From Eledone cirrhosa (Eukaryota), in assembly GCA_964016885.1 (NCBI GenBank), contig OZ024745.1, positions 122,698,001-122,762,000 of the forward strand: a stretch of 64,000 nucleotides of DNA, in the 5' to 3' direction. Under the pieces are notes generated by a model. That model was not told the origin of the DNA. It saw nothing but the letters and a program-made list of their open reading frames with translations, and did no database searches. This document shows, piece after piece, positions 25,050 through 39,042 of the stretch (position 1 is its first letter; each line of letters begins with the position of its first letter). The position numbers and the translations under genes were made by a program.

Positions 25050-27992
25050 CGGTGGCTACAATGTGTACGCATCTCCCAGCCATCCTGGATCGGGGGGAGG
25101 AGTTGCTGTGCTTTTTCGGAGAGGTTTTGATCTCGCCATACGGGCCATCTTCCTGGACCCAGAAGGTAAGTTGGTGGTGCTGGACGTGACCAGCGGAGAT
25201 GGGCAAGCTTTCAGGCTAGTGGCCGTCTATGCCCCAACAGGAGCAGGGCAGCCTGATTTCTTCCGGCGTCTGGAAACCTTTCTTGGAACGTCCTGCTCTT
25301 TAGTGTTAGTGGGCGACTGGAACGGGATCTTAGATGCACACTGGGACTGTGTGGGATTAGCAGATAGGGCAGGAGGGTGCAAGAGCCTCACCAACCTGCT
25401 CAGGCATTTTGAACTGTCTGACAGGGACCGATTGGATTTCCCGAATGTGCCAATGTGAACTTGGACAAACCGCATTGGGTCATCCAGATCATATCTAGAT
25501 AAAGTATTTTGTAGGGAAATAGATAGGTCTAGCATAGGCTGTCCACAATTCAAGATAGATTCCTGATCTGTGGGGTTGACTTAGATAGGCTTCATAGACC
25601 CGGCTACTGGAAGCTAAACGCGTCATTACCAGCGCGCAAGGCCTACAGAGACCGGATTAGCAAACTAGTTAAGCGGGTGTTGTCAACAACAAGTGGTGGT
25701 TTGCTCTGAAAAGAGCGATTAAATAGAGTCCATTAGAAAAATAGAGCAGAGGGAGAACTAGTTAGAAAATTAGATGAGGCGCTTAGCAAAGGCATCGCGA
25801 CCGATGTACTTGCGGCGAAATTAGCCCTTGACCAATTCTTCAATGTAAAGCATGAAGGCTGCGTTGTCAGAGCTAGGGTGCGTGCTCTCAGACACAAGGG
25901 GACAAAAGCCGTTCAATGGGCCTGAGTAGCGGAGGCGCGTCGTAGCAACAAAGCCATGATCCGGTCTTTGGTGGACCATGATGGGCACAAGCTACTCGAT
26001 CCCGGGCAAATGTGTGAAGCTTTTCAGCGACACTTCACTCAGCCGTTCGGGGACAGCGGCGGGCCGGATTGAGGGATGTACTTTAGTGTCTACCTTGACG
26101 GACTGCCGCGGCTCTCGGCCACTGAGGCAGAGTGTTGAGAAAAGCCGATAACAGCCGCTGAAGTATGGGAGGAAATGACTGGCTGCATGCGACATCTGCT
26201 CTGTGGTGAGAGTGAACAGTCACCTTTCGGAACCGTTCAACATCATGCGCTCGGTCCACCAGGATGTCCCATCTCGTCCCTCTTGTACGTATTGACTCGA
26301 GCCATTACTGCACAAACTGGAGACGTTGAGGGGGATCCCGCGCGAACTAGGATGCAGAAGATCCGTGTCAGCATATGCGGACGATGTCACCGTAGTGGTG
26401 TTGAATGCCAAACACATCGAGGCGATCGGCACTACACTAAGAGAATATGAAGCGGTGACAGGAGCAATGATCAACCAGGAAAAGTCAGTGGGCCTGCAGC
26501 TCGGCACCTGGAAAGGCAGGTCCATGCCATCCAACAGCGCCGTTGGGCGCTGGACGGACAGACCGGTTAAATTGCTAGGGGTCTGGTTCGGTCCGGACCT
26601 CCAGACGGACAAAAACTGGGACGAGGTGATGAGCAGGGTGGCTTCTCTCACTCAGAAATGGGCGGAGAGGAAGCTATCCCTGAAAGGTCGAGTGGAGGTG
26701 GCTAACGCGTACATCGCGTCTGTCATCTACTACCGCCTGACCGTCGTACCTTGTCCTAAGCCCCGCCTGACTGCGCTGGAGCGTTTGCTCTTTCGCTTTT
26801 TGTGGAAGGATCGCGCTTCGATGGTCAGGCGGTCCATCTGCTGTCAACACCCGCTACGTGGAGGGCTGGGCATGCCGTGGCTGATGATGCGCAGACACGC
26901 ACTCAGGCTAAGATATCTCCACCTCTTCCTCAACGGTGATCAGGTGTGTTCGCCGTTTGCTAGACACGTTTTTCCCCAGCTCGTCTCCTTGACTGAGCTG
27001 CAGTCCTGGGTCAAGCGAAGACCGAGAGGGAGCGCTTGGAGACTGGAATGTCTTCAGGCGCTCACAGCCCTCGACCAATCGGTCAATGTGATCGATGGAA
27101 ACTCCACCTTGGCGTTCTATAGAGGATTAGTGGAGGGGAAGAGTGATGACATACTTGATGAAACTCTAGGCGTCGACGAAAATCAACTAGCCAATCTTTT
27201 CTGAAGAACTTTCGGGCCGGGGCCTATGGACAACTTCCAGAAATCCCTGGCCTGGCAGTGCTACTGAGGAGCTTTGCCAGTTCGGGATAAACTCTACAGG
27301 CATGGAGGTGCCGTCAGCCGGGCATGTCCGAGATGCGTGCAGGGCGACGAAACCGTCCTGCACGCACTCGTCCAGTGTCCGAGCATTGCTGACTTGTGGG
27401 TTTATGTCGAACACCTGCTGTCGCGTGTAGGACGGATCCAGCTATCAGCTGAGTCCATAGTGAGGATTGCCCTGCCCTCTTCCTTTAGCCGGGAAGGGCA
27501 GGCAGTTTTTATCTGTCTGGTGGCCATGGCGAAAGAGATAGTATGCTGGACACGTTTGAAAGGGCTGAAGACGAGCACTTACCTCTTCGGTGATGCCCTG
27601 ATTAACTTTTTCAAATTTCATTTGAAAAGGAAAATCAGGGTAGAGAGGGAAGTGCTCTCTTACCAGCATTTTGTTGAAAGATGGGTGAGAGAGGCAAGAA
27701 TGGCCCGAGTGAATGGGCCTACTCTGAGTATGTGTGTGTAAATTAAAGGTGGAAAACTGGGAGAGTGCACTTGCCCTGGTGGTGAGGGTCACTGTGGCTT
27801 TTTAATGGGCTTTCCCCACGAATGTCCCTCGGAAGTCTCCCCCCTATTGGGGAATTTTTCCATTGTTTTATTATTACATCCTCTGTTTTTTGTTTTTTTA
27901 CACGCAGAAATGCCCTTTTGTACCGTCCTGTATTGTCCTGTACTGTCCTTAAGGTCTACTTTGTGTAAACCCTTGTTGTTAATAAAGAAAGC
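25050..27992 (+). mobile_element. Tx1/L1-clade LINE ORF2 remnant, 5'-truncated and internally deleted
   Basis: APE endonuclease (GGGVAVLF, LVAVYAP, LVGDWN), RT (RSVHQG, SAYADDV, KLLGVWF, GGLGMP), CCHC knuckle CPRC-x8-H-x4-C; early RT missing near 26190; AATAAA then (TTA)n; visibly GC-richer than the flanks. Confidence 0.92.
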
Positions 27993-28729
27993 ATTATTAT
28001 TATTATTATTATTATTATTATAATCATCATCATCATTATTATTTATCTGCCTAAATATTTATTTTTTCTTATGCAACTCACATGTTTCAAAAGTTGATTA
28101 CCAGCCACCTACCTGAGAGTCTGATACAGTTTTTTGTATTTCAATGATGGTTGTATGGAAGTTTGTAAACAACAGAAAATTAATGTTTAATATTCAGGAA
28201 AAATTTCCTACCTGAAAACTTAAAAAATTTATAAGATTAAAAATAGGAAAAAAAAGAGCACAACCAACAGAGATGGTGCTTGCGATAAACGTGAGAGATA
28301 ATGCCAAAGTAAATTATATGTAAAATATAAACGTACAACAAAAATTGGAAATAACAACTTCTATGACTATACTTGAAGTCATTGTAATGCAAACTTTAAC
28401 AATACCCCCCTCCCTCCCAGAAAACGCCAAAGAATACCCCCCCCCCACAAAAAACAAAACAAAACAAAAAAAACGTCTATTTCAATCTATTCTTCACATA
28501 CAAATATTCTTTTACTTCGAACATTCAAACAAATGTTTTCTATATTCATAAACACGTTTTTATATAAATTATTAGAAATGACAAAATTTATAAAAGAGAA
28601 ATTGAAAGAAAAATGGAACAGTCTGTGAATTAGATTCATAAAGGTAAAAATCTTTATCTTGAAAAACAAAAATTGAGAAAATTTAATATAAACTATTTTG
28701 AATTTAAAATAATAAACCCATGCACATAG

Positions 28730-28789
<60 letters not shown>

Positions 28790-29314
28790 GTAATAATAAT
28801 AAATTTGAAGACTAAAATCCAAAGAGGGTTTGATAAGGATAAATATATATCAAATATATAAGAACCGTAGAGCAAATATTCGTTTTTTCCATTCTTTGCC
28901 AGGTAACGTTTCCATGAACCAAAGTATCGTCTTCCTGTCTTCCTTCGGTTGCAACGTTTTTCGAAATATTTACTTCTGCATTCACAGATTGATTTTTTTA
29001 GTTTCAGAACATCCCGATAAGGGTGAAAGCAGCGATTCTTTGCTTAAACTTTAATCTTTTATTTTAATAAATATATAACCCATGCTAGCGAGGAAAGTGG
29101 ATGTTAAACGAGGATGATGATGATGATGATATATATATATATATGGATGTAAAAGGTAAACAGAAATAACAACACAATCGGTACAGTATATGGAAGGGAT
29201 ATATTAGGTTAATGCTTAAGTCGATTGACTTTCGTCAAATCGAACCAAGGAAACAATGTTTCCATTGGTCTTTCCAATTGCTAATACCATCTATCGGTTG
29301 CAACTCCAGGTAGA

Positions 29315-29430
29315 AGAAACAACATGAAATAAAGTGTCTTGCTCAAGGACATAACTCATCACTTGGTCCAGGAATTGAACTGACAACCTCATGATTGTGA
29401 ATCCAGTTCTCTAACCAATCAGCTACACGC
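29315..29430 (-). mobile_element. CORE-type SINE head
   Basis: tRNA-like head plus CCTTGAGCAAGACACTT on the minus strand. Confidence 0.7.
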
Positions 29431-29439
29431 CTTTACAAT

Positions 29440-30632
<1,193 letters not shown>

Positions 30633-30874
30633 AGACTCAGTAAAAAGGCTCCCAGTCCACATTGTAAATGTGGTTGGTGTTAGGAAGGGCATCCAGCCAT
30701 AGAAAACCTGCCAGATACAGTCGTATACGAGTGAGACACAGTCACCCAATAAATCTTGCCTCAAGTGGGACAATTCCCGTCTAACCCATGCTAGCATGGA
30801 AGATAGACGTTAAACACTTTTAATTGTTCTAGATTTGTTTTGAAATCCATATCTCACATCCGTTTTAAATAAAT

Positions 30875-30947
30875 TTTCATTCTGACGAATGGTTTCAGAC
30901 ATCGCTCTCAAGCCTGTCTGTCTTTGTGAAACCTTTGGTAAATGGAA
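30875..30947 (+). ncRNA. Type I hammerhead ribozyme with extended stem II
   Basis: TTTCATT-CTGACGA-(CAGACA...TGTCTG)-GAAA-CC-TTT-GG-TA-AATGGAA; 7-bp stem I with one G:U pair, GUA cleavage triplet. Confidence 0.65.
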
Positions 30948-31275
30948 TAATTATCTTATGTTGTTTATTATATAACTATATATATGTATATATATATATA
31001 GGAATACATATACTTATATAGTTTGTGTCAATTCTTATTTGGAGTTCCTTTTTTTCTAACTGGAACAGAATACCACATCTTAATTGAAAGTTTTTTTTAC
31101 ATGGTTTCTATATCTAGATGCTATTTCTAACATCGACCACTTCATTGTGTGGACAGGGTGCATTTTTCACAAGAAGTTACTTTGTCCCATTTCATGACTA
31201 AAATACTTTCTCAACTCTGTTCAAAGTAGCAGGAATAACAGAAGGGGATCACGAAAGGGAAATAAGAAAGTGTAT

Positions 31276-31455
31276 ACTTTTGGAACAAGGCTAGCAATTA
31301 CCCCAGTAGATTACTGGTACTTTATTTTATTGACCCCATAAGGATGAAAGGCAAAGTTAACCTAGGTGGGATTTGAACTCAGAACGTAAAGGGCCATAAC
31401 TCTATGCTGCAAAGCATGGCGTCTGATGCTCTACCGATACTGCCAACCCACCACC
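31276..31455 (-). mobile_element. Family A SINE
   Basis: Match to the family. Confidence 0.85.
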
Positions 31456-31889
31456 CTGTGTATAAATATAATGCAAGTGAAAGAAGGGTAAAGAAGAGAA
31501 TAATGGAAGAATGAGTGATAGCTACGTGGTGGGTATTGGTTAGAAGACTGACCAAAATTGTAAAATAGAATGGGCAATGTGATGGGATAGCAATATATAT
31601 ATAGGCGATGGTAAGAGTGAGTGCCAGTAGAAAAGATGGGCAATGGTTAAGGTACTGAATATGGACAAGTCTGACACCATCTCTCAATACACAGGTGTTG
31701 TGATGGAAGAGAGTTTGAGAGATGAAAGTAGATGTATGTATGTATGGTCCTGTAACTCTTGACAGAGTCATAGGGGTGCCGTATTGACAAACGGTATTTC
31801 TTGGGTATTTTAAGTCTGGTGGGGCTCATCCCTCTTCAGGTAGATTTCTTCCAAAGAAAGAAAGTGAGAGAGGAAATGAGAAAGAGATA

Positions 31890-32050
31890 TAGAGGAAGAA
31901 TCGACCCCAGTTCTTGACTGGTACTTTTTTTCATCAACCTCGAAAGGGTGAAAGGGAAAGTTGACTTCAGCAGGATTTGAACTCAGAGGCAGAGAGACGG
32001 AATGAAAACCTATTCTATCCGATGTTCTAATAACTTCCAATTTGCCACCT
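31890..32050 (-). mobile_element. Diverged subfamily of the Meta-type SINE
   Basis: GTCAACTTTCCCTTTCACCCTTTCGAGGTTGATG body; a similar copy lies at ~32995-33160. Confidence 0.65.
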
Positions 32051-32094
32051 CAAGTAGATGATGGGGGATTAAATATGGACATATCTATATCTAT

Positions 32095-32415
32095 CTATCT
32101 AGGGTGGGTAACATTTTTGAGATCCATGGATGAGTTCTCTCCAGCGGTCTCTATCCCTCATCTTTGCTGCCATGTCCTTCATCTCCAAGAGACCAGTGTC
32201 TGTCCTTGGGGCATCAACATATGTCAACCTCGGTCTCCCTCTTCTAGTGTGTCCATGCAGGGGCTCCCACAGGTACACTGAGTGCAGTATCAACTCAGGA
32301 TATCGGTGAGCATGTCCAGCTAACCTCAATTTCCTCTGTGCTACTCCCAAGCTGACTTTTGGGAGGCTCCCATACAGCTCTGAGTTCTTCATCCTCAGTG
32401 TACACTGATTAATGT
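32095..32415 (-). mobile_element. RTE-clade LINE 3' end with (TAGA)n tail
   Basis: RLAGHAHR...LWEP...RRGRPRLTYVD...RDRDRW; same family as 45012-45465. Confidence 0.85.
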
Positions 32416-33161
32416 TGGGGATAGTTGGCAATAAAAACACACAAAATATTTGATTTTCACTTTGGTTTTATAATTAGTGTTTAGTCAGTTCGTTAAATTA
32501 CTTAATTGACAAAGTTCTTTCATCATACATTTTGTGATCTCATCAGTGACTATTTGTTTTTCACCTCTTCTTTCAGGTCATATTTTCTTTACTCCATCTT
32601 GTCTTTCTGTGAAGAAGGAACTTTGACAATAATGTAAGATAACTAACTAATTAGTAATAAAAGTCAAGTGAAAATCAAATAATGCATGTGTCTTTTATTG
32701 ACAAAAAGGCCAACATGACCATCTCCAAATATAAAAATATGTTTCAACACACGATTTCACATCCAGAATCTCTCAAAACAAATTCATAAACTTATCTCTA
32801 TATCTATATATACGTACATACACAGATCTATATCTATACATACGTGCATACACACATATATATATCTAAAGGATAACGATGCCATAACTCCTTGTGGAGT
32901 CGTAGAGGCACTGCCATACGGTGTGTCTAGGGCACTTTTAAACCTGGTGGAGCCTAACCCTCTCCAGGTCTGAACACAGCTGATTTTTTCTATAGAGGAA
33001 GAATTGACCCCAGTACTGGACTGGTACTTTTTTTTATCGACCTTGAAAGGACGAAAGGCAAAGTTGACCACGGTGGGATTTGAACTCAGAGCATGCAATG
33101 GGGTGGGACGAATGGCTTAAAATATTCTATCTGACGTCTTAACGACTCTGTCAATTCACCA

Positions 33162-33311
<150 letters not shown>

Positions 33312-33667
33312 TGATATAAATATTCAAACAGGTTCTAAGTACCCACGGAAATATATATGGCGTCTATAATAATTGTTGTTCAATGGTACTAATTTGAGAT
33401 ACCAGAACTATAAAAATGAGCGGTACAAGTAAACATTAAACAATCTTTTAAATAAATTAAAATACGATTTAAATATTCACTGTTCTAATGCTGTTACCGT
33501 ATATATATATATATAAGTGTTGAAGTTTCCGTTGAAAATTGAAAAAGTCATAGGAATGAAGAGTGCTCTATGTAAGTTAAAAATTATTATACATTAAATA
33601 TATATATATATATATATATATCCCTTGTTTTGTTGTAGTGAATTAATCTAATTGTGTGTGTGTGTAT

Positions 33668-34012
33668 CATCATTTCATCATCATCATTTCATTTTACGTC
33701 CACTTTTCCATGCTTGCAAGGGTGGGACGGGAACTGATACTGGCTTGATTTCTACAGCTGGATGCCCTTCCTAACACCAACCTCATTTACAGTGAGTACT
33801 GGGTGCTTTTTTGCCATGGCACCTCCACAACCACTTTGCAGTGGAATGATAGGGACCTCAGTTCCTAGCATCTCATTTCTACAGCTGAGTAAACTGGAGC
33901 AATGTGAAATAAAGTGTCTTGCTCAAGGAAACAACACATCACCCGGTCTGAGAATTGAACTCACAACCTTTCGATTGCAAGACCAATGCTCTAACCACTA
34001 AGCCATGTGCTT
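33668..34012 (-). mobile_element. CORE-type SINE with RTE-derived tail, full length
   Basis: A and B boxes, CORE-like segment, RTE module, (ATG)n tail. Confidence 0.9.
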
Positions 34013-34304
34013 CCATATATATATATATATACACACACACAATTAAATTAATTCACTAATTATTCTAATTAATCTAATTGTGTGTGTGTGTATATATATA
34101 TATATATACACACACACAATTAGATTAATTCACTACAACAAAACAAGGGATATATAGCTTTGATAACCACTAAACAGTGAGAAACAATAGTTGGTTATTT
34201 GCTGAAGCTAGGTATGTGACTTTAGTCACTACCTTATATTCATAGCGAAAGACCTTCAAAATGTTTTAAAATAAACATACAGTATATTATTAAATATACA
34301 ATGC

Positions 34305-34360
<56 letters not shown>

Positions 34361-35041
34361 GTATGTATATACACATTCATACATGCACACATAATACTTA
34401 TGTTCTTTATTGTCGAAATAATGGGCAGAAATAAACCAAATTGAATTGTTTATTGCTGTAACATGAATATAATAAAATGTTGTGCCATTATTTTGTAGAT
34501 ATAGAAGATCTTTGCCTCACACTCATCTTGTTCTTTAATTTATTTTGCTTTTTCTATGTAATAAAATGAACAACATAAAATAAGACATCAATGTTCCGAT
34601 ATTAGTTCTCTTGTTGTGACACAAAGGAAGTTATACTAATTATGAACATACAAGATTGAAAGCAAAGATCTTTTTTTTAATGCTACAGCTATAGTAGATC
34701 AAATATTACAAAACAACAAATAACTGTTTCAACATTTGACAGATTTCCTTTAAATTATATAAAAAATACCTTAAATATATTTTAAGGAATGAATAGATTT
34801 TTTTAATATTAAATATGGTGGTGTAGAAAATGTGGCAACTTTTAGGTTTGGGAATTGAATTTTACTTTTTGAAACCCAATACAAAATAGATGTTTTCTTT
34901 TCATTTTGATGAATAAATTTTTTCAGAAGTAATTCAAATTTTACTAATAAATAAATTTCTTTTGAAAAGGCATTCATTTTCTCCATGGGAATGAACTACA
35001 GGAAAGACATAACTTGGCTTCTTAAATAATTTTCTTAGGTT

Positions 35042-35113
35042 TAAGAACATTACAATCCCTATGCGGTTATACAGCTATAAGAACATTACAATCCCTATGC
35101 GGTTATACAGCTA
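35042..35113. repeat. Perfect 36-bp tandem duplication
   Basis: TAAGAACATTACAATCCCTATGCGGTTATACAGCTA twice. Confidence 0.9.
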
Positions 35114-35317
35114 TAGCTAAAATCTATAAACTTATCTCTTCCAAGAAATTTATAAGAATATGCACTCTAGAAATTGTAAGTTATATCATTTTGTACATCT
35201 ACGATTTTATTTATTCAAAGTTGAATACTGACACTAGCCCAACAGCTTTCAAACTGATAAATACTAGGCCAGCACAAATATATTTGTGAAAGTTTTGCCC
35301 TTTTGACTCTCTGTTAA

Positions 35318-35530
35318 CCCTTTAGCATTTAAACCAGCCGTATCCGGCCAGAATTCTCTTCTCTCTTTCTGTTCAAACTGGCTGTATATTCATACTAATG
35401 TTAAGGTATTGTTCTAGAATAAATAATAGCAAAATCTCATAGATTCAATATTATGTGAGATATTATATGCGATAAAGCCTTTACTGTGAAAATACAATAG
35501 TAAATATAGAGTAATGTAAATGCTAAAGGG
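35318..35530 (+). mobile_element. Family B MITE
   Basis: Perfect TIRs and TTAA flanks. Confidence 0.9.
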
Positions 35531-35794
35531 TTAATCCTTTTTGATATCAATCTGCCTGAAAATATCCTTGGTTCTATGATGAAAAGCTTTAAAATGTTTA
35601 TGTTTATGTTTATGTTTAAATTTACACTTTCAATCGTACATAAATACATTTTCTTAAGTCGTTATAAACATTATCTAAATAACAAGAAGTTAGTTATATT
35701 ACTAAATTTATCCTAATTTCTGATTATTTTAAAACTTAATTGTAAATCATAGGCAGTATATTTCATTGGAAATATGGCAATTAAAGGATTAATT

Positions 35795-36015
35795 AATTGT
35801 TTCTGATTTAGGTACAAAGCCAACAATTTTGGAAGAGGGAAAAGTCGATTAAATCAACTCCAATGCATTACCGATACTTTATTTTATCGACCCTGTAAGG
35901 AGGAAAGGCAAAGCTAACATCGGCTTTATTTGAAGTCAGAACGTAAAGGGTCGTAACTCTATGCTGAAAAGGATATTGTCTGATGCTCTAACAATTCTGC
36001 CAATCCAACGCCCTT
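35795..36015 (-). mobile_element. Family A SINE, long variant
   Basis: Match to the family; TTAAAGGATTAATTAAT repeated on both sides. Confidence 0.8.
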
Positions 36016-36642
36016 AAAGGATTAATTAATAAAAGGTCATAACAGTGTTAGATAACATAAAGATGATGATATTACTAGTACTTTCTTAGTAAACCCCTGG
36101 ATAAACAAAATAATTTGAAATCAGAACATAAAGACTAAATATGCACTAAAACACATCGTCTGCCTCTTTAACGATACTATTAATGGAATTAAATTAACAT
36201 CATCATCATCACCATTTAACATCCATTTTTCCATGCTTTCATGAGTCAGACAGGTCATCCGTGCCAACAGACGAGTCTGGCTAAGATTGGCCATGCCATA
36301 ACTTGCTCTGATATAACTGTAAATTTGGCCTGGGCTTTTACAGCAGGATGCGCTTCCTAACACCAACCACATTTAAATAAAATGTTTACAAGTCTTCTTC
36401 TCTAAATCAATATGTCTGAGAAAAATATGAAAGTTGAAAATGTTATTACAAGTTTTGTTAATCTCTTCTAGACCATGAACCATTTAAAAATATGGTAATG
36501 CCTTCTGCTGCATTCATCTTGGTAGTTATTCAAAATAAGCACATATATTTTAGTTATAGTTATTAAAGGACAAGATAATGATTCTAATCATTATAATTTT
36601 ATTGGAAATTTTCTCATAAATCAACATCAGGTATACATAAAA

Positions 36643-36684
<42 letters not shown>

Positions 36685-37393
36685 CACACACACACACACA
36701 TTTATATATATGATTTCACTTATATATATATATAAACAATGAGTTATATGGCTTGTTGATTATCATTCAACAAAGTTATTTTATAACAAATTTGAAGCAC
36801 TCTACAGTTTTATCTGGAGTATTATTAATATTAACAATATTAATAAATGGAAATTATCTTTATAATACCATATTTATTTTATTAGACATATTTCAAGGAC
36901 ACAAAATTTTAGTGTGCTTTCATCAGATAAAATATAATATTTGGTGTTAAGATGTTGACATATCTTAGCTTAGACTAATGGCGAGCTTATACTATATATA
37001 TATAAATATATATATAATAATAAAGTATGAATTCCTACGTGTAAAAAATACATATAGGGAAACGAGTATTATCCAACCATATGCCAATGTGGTCCTATGG
37101 CGGGTTAATAAATTAACAAGCCAGAACATGTTTCCCTATATGTATTTTTTACATGTAGGAATTCATACTTTATTATTATTGATCTCCCCCTAAGGTAGAG
37201 ATAAAATTTTTGCCGTTTGGACTGCTGCTATTTCTAGTGGCAGGACATTGACCTGTCCACCCTGCCTTTTGTCTTTGCACACGGCACCAGACAGAATTAT
37301 TTCTTTCATCATCTGCTCTCATTTGGGAATGGTTTTGTATGGCGTCAGTTTGTGATTTGAACTCGGGAATTTTATATTCTCCGAGGGAGAAGA

Positions 37394-37475
37394 GCCTTCT
37401 GAAGATTGCTCCCTTCTCAATGGAAATCCGCTTGGATTTTCTGTTTATTCTGGAGCATGAAACCGCGGTAAAGGC
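37394..37475 (+). ncRNA. Type I hammerhead ribozyme with long stem II insert
   Basis: GCCTT-CTGAAGA-T-TGCTCC-(39 nt)-GGAGCA-T-GAA-ACCGCGGT-A-AAGGC; all three stems pair, stem III is palindromic, cleavage triplet GUA. Confidence 0.85.
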
Positions 37476-38139
37476 ACATATAGTAAGTACAGCGAATTTT
37501 TTAAAATTTATTTAAAAACTTTTTCTCTATTTGCTAGACCTCGATTTTATATGTATATATATATATATGTATATATATATACATGAGTTGGGGCATATGT
37601 ATGTGTGTGTATATATAAGTATGCATATATGTTTGTTTATGTATGTAAATACATATTTGTATATGTATGCATACATGTATGTATATATATATATGTATGT
37701 ATATGTATATATACATGCAGTTAATACATACTGTCTCTTTGTAATACACATAATACACATAATACACATAAAACTTGTTGATAACAAACCATTTGAAACT
37801 ACCCTTGGTTTTCTGAGACAAACTGTTTATTTTAAAGTGTTTATATTTATATAAAACCCTTAATTATATGTAAGGATCTTAAGTTATATTCCAAAGACCA
37901 GTTTATTAATAAAAAAGTTAATTATGTTTTTAAATCTCTCTAAATTCTGGAATATTTCCAAAATCATTTAAAAATCATAGGTAGTGTGTATTTCATTAGA
38001 AATATTCTAATGAAATTTTAAGAGAAAAAAGATGTATATATTAAAGAACATGACTTTTACATAATCTTTACTTAATTGGGAAGAAAAACTTAACGACCTC
38101 TCATCTCTGACAACATTGGAGCTAAAGATGCAAACTATG

Positions 38140-38420
38140 TAGTGTGGAAATGCTTAAACAGACTAAGATTTGGTGCTGGATGTGCAAAAGTCAATCTTGC
38201 AAAATGAGGATATTTAAAGGATGGGCACGTTTTGTGTGACTGTGGCATCGAACCACAGACTACGAAGCATCTCCTGATATGCCCCCTGCTGGAACACCCC
38301 TGCACAGTGTTGGACTTGGCAGAGTTTAATGAGAAATGGCAGCAATGTGTTCAGCTGTGGCAGAACCACATCTAGCCCAACTTTGTAACTGACACTCTTG
38401 TGGACATGACAAGAAGTAGA
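38140..38420 (+). mobile_element. Ingi/Vingi-like LINE 3' end
   Basis: Translates WKCLNRLRFG...K*GY...CDCGIEPQTTKHLLICP, then a short (AAG)-type tail. Confidence 0.7.
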
Positions 38421-38873
38421 AGTTAATTGGGCTAGATCAAATATAAACAACTAAATAAAATATTGATAAAAAATTAAAATTTTGTCACATATTTGCATCT
38501 GATAAATTTAGCTACCTCATGTATAAATATATTATTACCACCATTTAACCCTTTCATTACAAACCGAGTCATCAACTGGCCCTGGTTCTATGAAATATAA
38601 CCAGCAATTTTAAAAGGTTGCTATTTAATTAAAATCTATTAGTTAGATTTTATATAAGAACCATGTGGGAAGTTAATATTTGAGTAATGAAATAACTAAA
38701 AATTTTAGTAAGTCCCTGAAAGGTTTTCATTAATTTATTAAAATAGAATGTATTTCATTAGAAATATGGTCCCAAAAGGACAAAACTCATGTCTTGAAGA
38801 TTAGCTATAGACAGGAAGAGATTTGTTGACTGATATGATATTCTTGGGTAGAGGGATCAAACAAAGAGCTTAA

Positions 38874-38981
38874 CCTTCTGGAGGCTGAATTATTTTACGA
38901 ATTGCTTCCCTTGATACTGTATTATGTATTAAGGCGAGAACACTCTATTGGTACATTCAGTAGCCTGCAGCACCAACAGAG
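38874..38981. mobile_element. ~110-bp TTAA-flanked mini-MITE
   Basis: Inverted homologue at ~47556-47661 (GAATTGCTTCCCTT / AAGGGAAGCAATTC); both copies bounded by TTAA. Confidence 0.6.
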
Positions 38982-39042
38982 TTAATACAGTATCTACGGA
39001 GTAAAACAAAATATGAATAGGTTTATGTGGATATGGATAACA

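Noticed and set aside
28800-29055. CpG-richer stretch with open frames, possible exon
   Set aside because: No recognisable protein motif and no convincing splice-site pair.
32508-32550. Hammerhead-like CTGATGA...GAAA on the minus strand
   Set aside because: Stem I and stem III both have mismatches; at best a dead relic, so not called.
33930-34012. Possible tRNA genes at SINE heads
   Set aside because: The A and B boxes run directly into SINE bodies and no complete cloverleaf is evident.
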